In this document: piece after piece, positions 1-13,185 of the stretch
How the letters are laid out: the number at the start of each line of letters is the position of its first letter
Position numbering within the stretch: position 1 is the first letter of the stretch
NCBI GenBank assembly: GCA_043228905.1
Contig: JBHGNT010000001.1
Span: 310,001 to 374,000 of the forward strand
DNA length: 64,000 nucleotides
From: Azolla caroliniana
Lineage: Eukaryota > Plantae > Polypodiophyta
Direction: 5' to 3'
Notes under the pieces: generated by a model
What the model saw: the letters and a program-made list of their open reading frames with translations, nothing else
Database searches by the model: none
Told to the model about the DNA's origin: nothing
Translations under genes and position numbers: made by a program

Positions 1-3000
1 TATTAGTTTTCCTCAGCACATCCCTGGCCAAACAGATCAGGGTAAGCTGCTCCTCTGTCACATCTGTCAATGCTAGCAAATATGCAAGAGAGAGAACATT
101 CCGACGCCAAGCAAAAGAGTCATCTAAATGTTTCTGTAATCTTACGATACGTCCCAAAAGTTGCAGGATCGGCAAGGGTGATATTCCTGATTTATTTAGG
201 TTAAGGCAACTATCCACGAGTAATGACAAAATATCTCCTAAAACCCTCTTGCAATCACCAATCTGTGCATTTTAATATGGTGAAATACATTCAGCAATCA
301 AACAAACAAAAGCTGAGGACTATGAAGGATAATAGCACTATGAAACGACTTGAATCAGACAAACATACCTCTTCTTTCGAACATGCTTGCCTCACCCAAC
401 TCTCTACTGCATCCACCATCTCTCTTAAGCCAGTAGCCATCCTTTCAGCATCCTGTGAAGCAGATTACCCTGATTAAATAAAATCTGGATATTATCAAAT
501 TACCTCATACCCAATTCAATTTTGTCGTTGTTCATGATAAATGATTCCATGTTATTGCATCACCAAGTTATGGTAAAATGATGTAGCCAAAACTCCGCCT
601 GCTAAATAAAAAATATAGGCAACCCTATGTCTGGCGATAGTCAGATATATACATCCATATGACACCATATGTACAAATGGATAACTCAAATTCCCTGATC
701 AAAGCTAATAGGAACATAAAACAAGTAATAAAAGAGCATTAATGTTTTTTTGACAGTGTTAAACGGACATAGAATTAAATGTTTTGACTCATTGAAAGTG
801 TCCATTTAGTACAATTGCAATTCCGTTAGCAAATTATGCTGAATATCATAGTAAGAACACGCGTTCTCAAACTTATTTAACAGGCCTGTGACATCTAAAA
901 AATCTAGAACTACAGGGAACCAAAGTTCCAAATCTCTATGAAACTAATTAGAGTAAACTTAGTTTAAATTTTTAAACAGATCAGCAAACTATCCCATAAC
1001 CTAAATATTGGATTCCTTGGGGCTCTTCCCTTTTCGTTTCCTCTTCCCTTAATGTGAAGTTTCCACACACCTTTCGATGTTAGAGGTTTCATTGCATACT
1101 TAAAATAGACATCTTATTCACACACGTTCTGATATTAGTGGTTACATGCCATATTTGAAATAAATAGATCTTATTCACACATATTTTGATATTATGGGTT
1201 TCATTCCATATTTGAAATAAAGAGATATTATGGATCGTTCTCGAAGAATAGAGCTTTGACAGCCTTATAAGCACACTGAAGGGGGAAAAAAGAAATATAT
1301 AATGCGTGAAGGATGATGAGACCAAGACATCCTTTTGAAATTTGCAGTAGTATCTGTAGATTCACACAATTTGCTGTTTCCAATATATCCTGGAAAATCA
1401 GATTTCATAAACTGAAAATCCAGAAACTCACTTCCTTTTATCCAACTCAGTTTCTTACTAAATACCACAAATATTACAGATATTGATTTCCCATAACGAA
1501 GTGGTGAGTCCTAGACAGATTAAAATACAGTATGTTTTTCAGACGTACGTCAGCTTACAAAAAACAAAGAGTTGCCAACATAAATAACAAATCATGATAT
1601 GCATTCTTATTCAATACCTGTGTTTGCTGGGAGTTGAAGCACAACAATAATCTCATTAAGAATCTTCCAGTAGCAAAATCTGATGATACAAGAGAAGCTA
1701 TATTGAAGCAAAGCTCTCTTATGACTAAATATCTTTCATTACTCATAGTTGAATTTACTGCTAGATAATTCAGCAGTGGTTCTAAGAAATGCAGACATTC
1801 TGTATCCTTCTTTGTCAGGTCATTCTGCGTCAGCATTACAACCACTTGCTGAATGATTTCCAAATGAGATTCCTGCCGTGATTCAAATGCCTGCACAGAT
1901 ATGAAAATGCCATATTAATCATAGAAAAGCAACAAATGCATTTCTTTTCAAAGAGAAACTGAATTTTCTCCAATTCCATGAATCCATATTTAGAATTCCA
2001 AAAAATCTTCAAGATTGAAATTACTCTTTGATTTTTCATTACTGTTAAGACCATCCGAAAAGTATGAAGGCAAGTATTTATGACAGAAGTACAGAATCAC
2101 CATGTGCCAAGCTAAAAAATCTAGTGAATTTAGGAAGATACATATGAAAAGCAGTATTAAATGAGATTTTAGTGTTACAAACTTTCTTAGCACAGTGAAG
2201 GCAGAAGAAGTATGAAGTATTGAATCACACAATCGACTCACAAAAACTGTAGCCTTTCGTGCCCAAGAAGCTTACCATCTTTACAAAGCTCAGAAGACAC
2301 ATTACACACAAACTATATCATGCGGTATTGACATCAGGTGGAAGACAGTGGATTTGGAGGCAGAACTATAGAATTATCATACACAACGAAAATTATCGAC
2401 ATCGCCAAGAAACCTCAAGTTGTGTTCGAAAAGATAAAACTTACAAGGAGACGACACACAGAACACATAAAACAGATACAAAATCTCAATCAGTTCCTGA
2501 TGGAAACACGGGTGTTTCAGGAAACAGCTTATCACGACCTATCTTTGAAGTTCGTGTTTTTAGAGAAGCTTACCTTGATGAGGGGATGAAGTTCGTGGGA
2601 GAGAAGGCCTTGCAATACAGACCATCTCTTGGCAAGAAGAAATCTACAAACGAAGGCAATGCAACGAACAATGGATGGAACAGCTTCAGGAGGTGAACAT
2701 TCAAGAAGCGCCTGAAGATGAAACAGAGCCAAGAGAGGTTCTCCATCGTCTTCATTATCAGCAGAAGATGCTGATTTCTGTCCTACTGCTAGGTAACAGA
2801 GCTGGGCGATGGCTTCATCGAGAGCAGGAGCGGAGCGAGTAGAGAGGAGAAGACAGTCGGAGAGAGCTTGCTTGCCTGCAGGGGAATGAAGAAGAAGAAG
2901 ATGATGATGATGATGATGGCCAAAGGCACCCTGCGAAGAATAAGAACGCAGAGATTCGAAGATCGCTCGAACTGCGTGCCTCTGTACGCTGCGATGAGGG

Positions 3001-3044
3001 GACTTCAGCTTGTCTAGAAGCGACGACACAAAGGAGGCCGCCAT
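1..3044 (-). CDS. RST1: RST1 / focadhesin-like ARM-repeat protein, 5' exons; gene continues past the window start
   Basis: N-terminus MAASFVSSLLDKLKSPHRSVQRHAVRAIFESLRS...LDEAIAQLC...LQALLE...HPLIK resembles the plant RST1 N-terminus as I recall it. GT-AG exons in continuous frame: 3044-2574, 1890-1618 (AFESRQESHLEIIQQV...HFLEPLLNY), 452-369 and 262-<1 (open to the edge). Confidence 0.85.
1103..1232. repeat. Imperfect ~58-bp tandem repeat (about 2.3 copies) in an RST1 intron
   Basis: Recurring ATCTTATTCACACA...TGATATTA...CCATATTTGAAATAAA. Confidence 0.7.
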
Positions 3045-5670
3045 AGCTGCTTCTGCAGCTCCTTTCTACAGTCTACTACTGCTCGCTCGCTGTTCTTTTT
3101 TTCCTTTTTAGGCTTCTACTTCTAGAAAGAAGAGAGGGAGGGTCATACCGAATTAGGCAGGCAGCTGTGTCATAATAGGCAAGGTAAGGGTCTCTCGCTT
3201 TTGCTTCTATCTAAACTTTAAAGTTTAAACAAGGAATGAATGTTCATCAAAACAAAGTCGCGGCTTTTCTCCAATTTCGTTAAACCTCCAATCCGATTTT
3301 GTAAAACCTCCTCGGTGTGTCGTCTCCTCTCTCAAAACGCACACACCAACATGAAAATGAACGTGAACACGAACAAGCCGACCTCATCCTTGTGTTGTCG
3401 GAGGATGGCGACCACGTGTTGTTATCCGTTGGCGGAAGGATGAAGGCGACGAGGAGGAGGAGGAGGAAATACATCACAAATGATCCAAAAGACATTGAAT
3501 GAATGGCTCTCACAATACTTTTTCTAGAACTAGGAAACGCATGGGATGGATGGCCCTACACTAGCCAACATCAATGACCATCCCATCACAAGACTATTAT
3601 GTCACTCAAATGAGGATGTCGTTCTGCAAATGTGTAATGTTTGATGTCTACATAGGTAATGGAGTCCACTTTGAGGCCACACGCTTTTTGTGGAGTCTTG
3701 TTGCCATAACCGAAGGATGAGGTATGATTACTAGAAGAATCTCCATTAACATATACAAATCATATTGTTCAAGCCTTATTCTAGTCTCCAACTAATTATT
3801 GTCAAGGATGAATTCATCATAAATGTCTAATGTAGGAGGACGTATGTGATTTTGCACAAATTGGCCAACAATCACAACTTGAATGGGGAGAGAGTAGTTT
3901 GGCACCATGGCCCTTGCAAACATTTCAATCATTTTTGTATTCTTTGTGAGTGGAATGTTCCATTTATTCGAACAAGACATTTCAAGTTGAAACGTGCTAA
4001 TTTGTAGGAGTTCGTTACACTTTTACAAGGTTTTGGTCATATGCATTGTAGGAATGGTCAACAGTTTGGCCTTGTCCAAACCAAACCAATTAAGGCTTAA
4101 CTGGTTTTGGGAGTTTATAAACTTGAATTGAACTAATCCCTAAACTAGGTTACGATTAGTTTGGACAACTTGTTTAAGGCATGATCGCTTTGACCCGAAA
4201 CAGTTCGATTCAACTTGAGTCTTTCCAAACCAAGCTCAAATTGGACACATTATCCACATAACCAATATTGATTGACAATAACAACCATACTAGATAAACC
4301 ACATTATCTAGGACAACGTAATAATGTGGATGGTAATGGCACATTTAGATGCAAGCAACACAATGTTAAGAAATAAGGTGGCTCTTACAACTTAACTAGT
4401 GACAACAATATTAACCTAAACTATCTTTGTCTTGAGGTTGGGGTGGAGTTATATACCCTCCAAATGATGAGTTGGGAAAGAGAGTGTCAATCCCAACTCT
4501 CACAAAGTCCGACATATTAACTAGTTTAGTACACGAACTTTGATTCTAACATCAGTCTTAAGTTTTATTCACAATTAGTTTATGTGTTAGATTCCTTCTT
4601 TTCACAACACACACACACATATGGTTGTTCATCAACTCAATTGATTGTCTTTGACATTTAATGATTGGGCTTTATTAGGAGGATTCAATTTTGCAAGCTA
4701 ACCTCCTTGTGTCAAATTGTATATGAGATGCTTGTAGGATCCCTATAAGCTATGCCCAATCTACATGCACTATGCAATGGCATTCACTTCTAATTAAACC
4801 ATGCTTCAACTTCATATCCTCACTACACAATCCTACAAGCAATTTGAATATTACCAATAATGTAACTTGGAATGGGAATGAAATCTAACCTATGATTCTA
4901 TATCCTTGGAAGTTGGAATATCATAGCATTTGTTTAAGTATAGAGTGAAAGTATTTACTTTCCACAATTGGTTTGAGTTCACTTAAGCTTATTAAAAATG
5001 GAAACTTAATAAATTATGTTGTCCGTTATGGGGTTCAGTTTCAACCTAGGCATAAAACTGCTAACAATTATAGACAAAGATCATATGCCACATAATACAT
5101 TGAACATTTACAGTAACCCACATTACCAAAGGGCATGCGATGTTAACTGCGAAAACATTTCAATTATATAACTTTGCCATCAACAGTAGACTTACAATAT
5201 TATACAAGTTAAAACTTCAAACCCTTTTCATTCATGCTCCTGATAAAAATGCATGGCTTGATGTCTTCAAGAAAGAAATGTAACATTTTTTTTTTCCAAA
5301 ATGAAGCTACTTACCCATTAGTTAGGACGAAATTGTAAAATATTATTTGATGTCTTGTTTGTTTGAATTCATTATACCCTACGATCGACACACATTAAAA
5401 GATACTAGATAATCAGGGGAGCTGTATATAATTAGTCATTTTTAACAAAAAAGACTTATATAATTAGTTTGATGTCTCAAATAGTACAAAAATTCTGAAC
5501 TCTTTGTTTGGTGTCACTTGTCCAATTACACACCCCTCCAAGAAATGTAGAACATCCATCCTCAGCTGGGCTTGTGTGTCCACATTTAGAAATTTCTCTA
5601 ATGAATCCACATAGTTAACTGTGCTTGTGTCCAAATGAAAACATTTATCCATTGGATACTATCCCCACTA

Positions 5671-8600
5671 TTATAGCTCCCCATCCTCATCAGTTTCTTC
5701 CACGTCTGCACTTCTGTTGCTGGTAAAGACATTAAAAACAATGTAAAAAACAAAGATTTAACATATAATTTCCCACTAAGCATTAAAATTGATTTACAAA
5801 ACAACAAATTGAAAGAAAAGAACATTCAAGCATTATACATTGCTGTCATAAATATCTTATTTAAATGTGGGCCTGATATCTATCTAGCCCATGTACCTGG
5901 ATGAGCTACATTCTTGAGCAAGTTCCGAACATAATGTTTGCTCCACTTCTCCATACTTCATAGAGCCATTCTTGATTCGTTCTTCTAGCTGTAGTCAAAT
6001 TTTGTGATCCATGTGAATATTTTCAGGGCTATAATACCTTGTAGATTAGATGATGATGCACAATACAATAATTAGTGACAATCTTGCTCGAAACGCCTAA
6101 AGGATAATATTAACATACCTCTTCTTCTGTCCTTTCAAGAAGCCTGAAAAAAAGAAAGAAAGATTGTTGACATCCTGATGTTATTATATAACTACTCAAT
6201 TAAAATTGTAGTTCATTCTGAAAGCATAAACCTGCCACAGTAAGTTGTGATCTGCTTTGAATAAGCATCAGCTTCACGTCTATCTGCAAATAAAGTAAAA
6301 TGAATTGCCAGCACATTAGGAAAAGTATAAAAATGATATCATATATCAGGACCTTCAGAAATGAGTTCACGAAAGGCAAACCACGAATTGAATCTGAGAT
6401 AACTTGTTTTGTCCATTCATCTTTCCCATCTTCAGTCTAGAAAATGAAAAAAGAACCAAGCTGTGATTAAAAGTGAAAATAGTAAGGGAAAACCATCAAC
6501 ATACAATTAGTAAATGCATGAGGTATCTATCTACTTTCCTCAATTAATAATTACTATCATATACAAATACACACAAATCAAGCTCCAAAATAGTAGCTAA
6601 TAGCAATATACTAATTTTTGAGAGACTTGTACATTGTTACAACTTACATCCCACCTTCCCTAAAGTGTAATCTCTCATTCTACTGCACAGACCATCCAAG
6701 AGTTCCACAACCCTCAGCTCGCTTACTCTGGGATGCAAATAAAAAAAGTTAAATGCTGTTTGGAATGTGATTTAAATTAAATGGCTCAAAGAAGAACTAT
6801 TCAGCAGTTAAATGGCTCAAAGAAGAACTATTCAGCAACTCCTGTCCACAATACAACTATCGCGGAACTTGAAAACAAAAATGGCATTTAAGCAACTTCA
6901 AATGTTTCAGCCGACTAAGGCAGCCATCATAGTGAACTATGGAATCTGAACTCAACCAGGTATATTATCAATATGGCATTGTGGACACTATTTATAGGAA
7001 ATTGGTAAATTCACAGTTTTTTCTGTATTTTCACAGTGTTTTTTTTGAGTTCAGAAATATCCTTTCCCCCCAAAAAAACTGTGAAAATACAGAAAAAACT
7101 GTGAATTTACCAATTTCCTATTTATATTATACATGAAATGGAAGAAAACATTCTGAGTTGCAATAGATCTAAATTTTGAAGAATTTACATTAGTCCACTA
7201 TAAGTCAATAACCATGTGAAGTGTTGATGACATTTTCCTAATGTCTCTGATGAATTAAGATCATCATCATACTGCACTTCTACTGGAGCTTTTTACTTCT
7301 GAGTAGTATGCAGTAAATGCACATAAATAAGATGTTAAACAATAATCAGCAACATATATTAGTTCCATAAGTACTTTACACAAATTGGAACTTGCAAGAA
7401 ACACTAGCCCGAGGTACATTTGAAATCATAGGACTTGGAAAAATAAACATTGCAAAACTTATGCAAAGATTTTCAGCACCTTGCATGTTTGGCATTCATA
7501 AAAAGCAACTCTTTAATGATAATGCTTTAAAATAAATAAAAACGCTTTATTAGCATTAAGAATTCTCAGATGCAAATAATTTTAAATATTAAAGGGATTT
7601 CAGGTCATATAACATTAAAAGAATCACATGCAAGTAATTACGAAGCACATTACTTGAAAAATGAGTGTGCAAATAAAGCACAGTGCACATGTGTTATACT
7701 CAACATAAAGAAAAAGAGATCTTTACTTGTAATCAATAAGTTTTCCTTCTCGATGACCTTGTGAATTCAGACGATGCCTCATATCCAAGTGATTCCTAGG
7801 CCTCTCCTATGATGTAAAACAATTAATGATATCAAAAGAATTAAAAAAAACTCATCATGGAAATTGCCTAATAAACATCTAAAGATGAATGTGACATGCA
7901 TCAAGTAATTTGCATGAACTCATGATTGTATTATGAGAAATTAATGAAAACGTTGAGCTCAAATGTCTACAATCATCACTGCCTGGCTTCCTACAAAGAA
8001 AAGACTGAAGATCTTTCGGTGAACAGGGTTGAAAGTTCTGAACTTCAAGAATCTACCTAGTTTGCAACATTCTTCATAAGCAAAAGATTCCACGCTTACA
8101 AAAGTGTGGAGAAACACAAATATACTCAAAGGATGCCTCCCAGCTAGAATGTACACCACAGAAGCATAACCTTATGACACAATAAGAAGAATGTCGAACT
8201 TAAAGGAAGGATGCCCATATAGCTCGTAGCTATTAATAATGACATGTAATATTGTAGTCCTGCACATTTGGTTTAATGGAAAATCTCATACAACAAGACA
8301 GTACTTACATTCAACAAGCCAATCTCCAATTCAGCCTGCAACACAGACATAGTAAAATGAATCAGGTACAAAAATCTTGCAGTAAACAATTTGCTATGAA
8401 GTATTAAAAAAACCAGACGTAGTCAATGAAATATGTAGTTGTACAGTTACCAAATTTCTATGAAGCATAAAAAAAAATCATAGCCATCAACTAGAGCTAG
8501 AATATGAGTCATGACAAACTTTATGCCTTGAAAATTCAAGCGCCAGTTGTCCATCAATTGGTGTTTAAAACTCCCTTGATATGCTGACCATATATAACAA

Positions 8601-10456
8601 TAAAACAATTTTGTTTGTATTTATTACAATTTAATAAGCAATGGGAAACAACAGGAAGATGGTGGCAACAAATATTTTCTCAAGCCCCTTAGGTCTATCA
8701 TAATGGACATTAATTAATAACATAATCTTGATTACTATAGGTGTTGCAACCATGCATACTCTCATCCAGCAACAAATCACCGCACTACAAATAACATGGA
8801 AGTACATCGTACTGAATTGTTATTAAACTGTCGGATGCCATTCAGTTGCATATGCTTTGATTCACCCTTAAAATCTTATTTAGAGAAATTTTTTTGCATA
8901 AACTTCTAATATTCTACCTCAAACTGACGCAGAGAAGCATAGAAATCTTTTTACTTTTAACCATGCTTCTTGCAGAGAAGCATAGAAATCTTTATTTCAT
9001 TGTCAAGTTACTAGGCACGCTAACTAGCAAGGCAGGTAAAGGCTGAGACCGTGAAGCACTGTTTCACTATTAAGATGACAGATATTAATCAAATTTGCAT
9101 TCAAGTTGGTGTTAATAGTAACATGAGGATTTATGAAAATTTCCAACTGATACCCAACTTAAGGCAATGTTTCAAAACACCCAAGTGGAACCTAATTTAA
9201 TTGAAATTAATCCAAAATATGAAAATAACCACAAAGCAACGTAATAAAAAATTGGTAGGGATACAAGTTGCCACTGATGCTAACGATTGCCATGAAACAT
9301 CTAAATTTCACGGCAATGCAAAATAAAAGCTATGCTTTTATCATCAAATAAATCTAATTCAGAAGAGAACGATGAAAATACATAATCAGAACTTATGTGA
9401 TTACTCACTAAATGTTTTGCATTATCATAAAGTTGCAAATGAAGTCAGTGATTAGGCTTGCACAAACAGTCAACCAAGAATAATGTTTCCGAACCAGCCC
9501 AGAGTTTCGTCACATTGCACTTTCTTACAGTAAACAAAGTCACACATTACTATTTCTATCACTTATTCTTTGATATTCTCATCTTGATCCTTCATAACGC
9601 AGAATGGATAGTATTCTCACTTCCTCATTGTTACACACAGAATGCAATTCGATGTATTACAGATGCAAATCCATTTCTTTCTTGGCCAATTAATGCAGTA
9701 TATGTTCTGAAAAGAATCTTTGATAAGATGAAAAGAATTCCATCAGATGACAATGACACTTGCACCCTTGATAGAACAAGATAGGGAAAGCCAGATAAGT
9801 TGCTGTTGCTCTCAACAGTATGAAAATCATTTGTTTCTTGGCTAAATTAATGTGATGTATGGTTTGATCTAGCAATATCATAAGAAATTCATTATTTGTC
9901 ATAAGGCAACCAGTACACTTAGGCCAAGATAGAGAATGCAGAAAATGTTTACATCAGGAGACATCCCGTATTTGTTCATCCATAGAGATAAACAAAATAC
10001 AACCAAAAACTGAAAGTTTTCCATAGAACATTTAGATCGGAAGACATAAAAAAATATTAGATCATCATGGCAGAAAAAAAATGAGCGGAAAGGAATACAT
10101 AGCAGACCATATTTATTTAGATTAGAATAGTAATAAGGAAAGAAAAGATATAGTGGGAGAGGGAAGATCTAGGGACACCATGTTTTAGATCAGAAAACAT
10201 AAGAAAGGTTCGAATCGTGATAGAGAAAGAGAACGCAGAGATAAAGGAAGATTCAGACAAGGTTTCGATCCAGCGGCATTAGAAAACGCTGATAAAAGGC
10301 CGAAAAAAGAAAAGGGAAAAGGGAAATAGAGAGGGGCAAAAAGAATACTACCGCAACAGCTCTGCAAGCAGGACATTTCTCTGAGAATGCATGAACTCCC
10401 GGAACAGTTCCGAAAACGAAAACAAGAAGAAGAAGAACGAGAGAGGACATCGCCAT
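5671..10456 (-). CDS. Canopy/Seele-like saposin-fold ER protein (DUF3456/MSAP family), ~185 aa, 9 exons
   Basis: Signal peptide then EKCPACRAVA|AELEIGLLN|ERPRNHLDMRHRLNSQGHREGKLIDY|VSELRVVELLDGLCSRMRDYTL...YCGRLLERTEEE...TLCSELAQEC...DEDGEL*. Exons: 10456-10352, 8335-8309, 7806-7727, 6727-6655, 6436-~6382, 6283-6232, 6143-6119, 5988-5897, 5719-5671. All introns are GT-AG and phases are compatible; the exon 5 donor is slightly uncertain. Confidence 0.9.
6777..6837. repeat. 31-bp tandem duplication (intronic)
   Basis: TTAAATGGCTCAAAGAAGAACTATTCAGCA occurs twice in tandem. Confidence 0.85.
6997..7118. mobile_element. 122-bp MITE (near-perfect hairpin) in an intron of the Canopy-like gene
   Basis: 41-bp perfect TIR GGAAATTGGTAAATTCACAGTTTTTTCTGTATTTTCACAGT with its reverse complement at 7078-7118. 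Flanked by the direct repeat TATTTATA (6989-6996 and 7119-7126). Confidence 0.8.
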
Positions 10457-10656
10457 GGATTCTCTCACGTGCCCGAGCGCCTTCGATTTCTGCATACGTT
10501 TGTTCTGAGAAGAGCCCGCTGGAATTTCAGTAGCAATTTTGGAAACTCCAGAACATACCCCTCTTCCGAAGGTACTAATGTGGCAATTGGAGCAAGGGAA
10601 ATTCTTTTGTGAGTGAAGTGTTTGTCTTGGCAACTCAACATGTTCCGCTACCCATG

Positions 10657-10685
10657 TAGTGTAGTGTAGTGTAGTGTAGTGTAGT
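10657..10685. repeat. (GTAGT)n pentanucleotide microsatellite upstream of the Canopy-like gene
   Basis: GTAGTGTAGTGTAGT... read directly. Confidence 0.85.
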
Positions 10686-10773
10686 TAGTGGGTGACCATA
10701 CTCCATTGTGACGCCCATTGTAAGGGTGTTTTTCACACATTTAGAGAGAGAGAGAGAGTGTAAATAAGCCTAG

Positions 10774-10846
10774 ATGGATGTAGCTCAGTTGGTAAGGTTG
10801 TTGCCCAATGTAGCAGGAGGTCATAGGTTCAATCCCTACATTCCAT
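10774..10846 (+). pseudogene. tRNA-like sequence (tRNA-Ala-like): tRNA pseudogene or SINE head
   Basis: Pol III A box TAGCTCAGTTGG and B box GGTTCAATCCC at tRNA spacing. T-arm TAGG-TTCAATC-CCTA, and GCAGGAGGTC as in Ala tRNAs. The acceptor, D and anticodon stems are imperfect. Confidence 0.65.
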
Positions 10847-12687
10847 TGCGGCATCTAGTGAATTCTATTAAGAGATTTATATTGAAGTAATATAGAGGTG
10901 AGAAAATTGGGTTTTGGATCCATAGTGGTTGTAGTGTAACAACTTGCCTCTAGGGTAAACTAATTGGATAGAGAACACACACATGACAATCTCTTTCTTT
11001 CAAAACTCTCGCATAACAAATAATTTTTTTGGCTTCACCTTCACATCACATTCACATTCTCGGTCAATTGTCCAAGAACCTACCCTTCTCTTGTAAAACT
11101 CTATGTTCATATGACATTTGAAAGCTTGCACATGATTCAATGTGTTATGGCCAATATAACAAAGGAGCGATGTTGAGAAGGTAGCAACGATGGGAAAATG
11201 GGCAAAAAGCATAGTGGTCATCATTCTGCATATGATTACTCAATACCAGATGAAGAAGTCACAAGGAATCAACAAGGGAAACATCTAGCAATTTTGAAAA
11301 TAAAGAGAAAAAAGTTTGAAGGTGCATCTTACGACATTCATTCATGCATGGAGATAACATTGAAAGTGGGTTGAGGATTGAGCACATGTCGATTCAATGC
11401 TCATTGCATTAAGTGAAGGCATGCAACCATACCTAAGGTCAAGGATCTCTTGGCCATCACATCATCGTGGGAAGAGCAAAGCTTAGAGTGTTATCGGTAG
11501 GGGCACAGTGCGCAACAAACACAGGGCTAAAAGAATGCTAGAACATGTTGTGCCCTTCTATGGTTAGGGTAAGGTGGACGTGAGAATGTATGTCCTTTTC
11601 TCAAGTTTCATCATAACTTATGGGTTTACATGTTGTTAGCCTTTGCATGAAGATCTCAAACATGAGCACTTGAATTACTATGATACTATTTTATAATACA
11701 TATGGATAGACGTTGTAATTGCATGCAATCAATCGTAGTGTGCTAAATGGGAGAACATCACACACACATATTCGTAGAGATGACAAATAATTATAGGTTG
11801 ATAAAACATGGAATTGTAAATACTTTGTATCCATATGTTGTGATTGATGGCCTCCAAACAAAAAATTGTTCTCACTTTGTTTGCATGCAAAAGGCATTAA
11901 AGCGACTGACCATGTGGAACATTCTCCCTAGAAAGGTGCTTCTTCCTTTCACCACAATGATTATTTGAATATGTGTCCACTATAATTTAGCATGAAATTC
12001 CAAATTTGGATGGCTAGTCATAAGGATTCACGAGATAAAGAACTTGTGCTTTAAACAACATATGCACTTCGTTACCAAACTTCAGCCATAAAATCATAAT
12101 TCAGGTCAACTTGGTGGATGTTTAGATAACAAAACAAAAAAGGTCACATCGTTGAATACGGAGGTGCGATGATTGTAAAATGGTTTTATTATTGAGCATT
12201 TTGCTTTGCATGAAAAGGTAAAAATCATGGAATATAAAGGAGATTTCTAGTCCACAACACAAAAAGTGGATATGGAATATAGTGCAAGCGAAAACTTGAA
12301 TGGAAGGAGGCAGGGGTGGATTGTTTAGAAGTTACACATGAAGAAAGGCAGGCCACAATACGATAAGATGAGAATATGAGGAGGGGGCATAATATGCTGC
12401 CCAACACATAATCCTGTTTTTTGCAGCAATCGCCCAAATGCATTATTAATCCTCCCAGGACCTATATACATACATACATCAACATTTGACAATAATAACA
12501 AACTATATACATACATCAACATTTGACAACAATAATAAATTATAATAATAATTCATAACTCATTCTCTTTCTTCATACATTGCAACATTGGGGAGGCAAT
12601 GCATCATCACATTGTTGATGCGTTTACATGTGAATGACTCCAGCACCATCCCTTCTAAGTCGAAGAATGTGAGTGAGCCAAAAAAGT

Positions 12688-13185
12688 ATGTCACTAAATC
12701 CTCCTCCTCCTCCTCTTAGCTCATCTATCTATTATTATCCTACCCAACAACAGGAAGAAGAAGGAGATATAAGCTCTTCCTCCTCCTCCTCGTGGGTGAG
12801 CCGGTCCCTCGAGGAGATCATCATCGTGCTCGCCGCCATCATTATACTAGTTACAGTTGCTAGCATAATCCGCAAAATCTGTGGAGGTGCTGGAGACACC
12901 AAGGGATGGATAGATAATAGTTGTGCAAATTGTTTGGATGGGGATATCGAAGGGCCACCGCCGCCGCCGCCCCCCCCACCACCACCTCCGCCCAAAGGAG
13001 AGGCTCCACCACCACCACCACCACCACCAACTGAAGCCCCTCCTCCTGAAGTGGCACCTGCACCAGCACCTGCGCCCGCCCCAGCTGAAGCACCAGCACC
13101 AGCACCTCTGCATGTGGCTCTTCCTCTACCTCCATATATAGGTTTGTTTCAAAAGATTGTAGATAGTACACGATATGTCCTGTAA
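12688..13185 (+). CDS. Single-pass membrane protein with a Cys motif and Pro/Ala-Pro-rich tail (plant family of unknown function)
   Basis: Intronless ORF from ATG 12688. TM segment SLEEIIIVLAAIIILVTVASIIRKICGG followed by GWIDNSCANCLDG, matching a plant family motif (RLCGG...GWxExxCxxCID) as I recall it. Poly-Pro and AP repeats follow. Confidence 0.75.
   Translation: MSLNPPPPPLSSSIYYYPTQQQEEEGDISSSSSSSWVSRSLEEIIIVLAAIIILVTVASIIRKICGGAGDTKGWIDNSCANCLDGDIEGPPPPPPPPPPPPPKGEAPPPPPPPPTEAPPPEVAPAPAPAPAPAEAPAPAPLHVALPLPPYIGLFQKIVDSTRYVL

Noticed and set aside
3300-4600. Possible Harbinger- or copia-like remnants and AACC-type repeats upstream of RST1
   Set aside because: Only vague motif resemblance, with no termini, TSD or continuous frame.
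8929-8993. 22-bp direct repeat GCAGAGAAGCATAGAAATCTTT
   Set aside because: Two copies only; an ordinary local duplication, not an array.
10774-10846. Functional tRNA gene
   Set aside because: The acceptor and D stems are mispaired, and the anticodon loop is 8 nt with no clear anticodon.
11000-11970. Possible very old copia RNase H remnant on the minus strand
   Set aside because: Resemblance (NIEFYKRRVG) is too weak to call without a profile search.
12735-13171. Gly-, Trp-, Val- and His-rich ORFs in other frames
   Set aside because: Shadows of the poly-Pro coding repeat.
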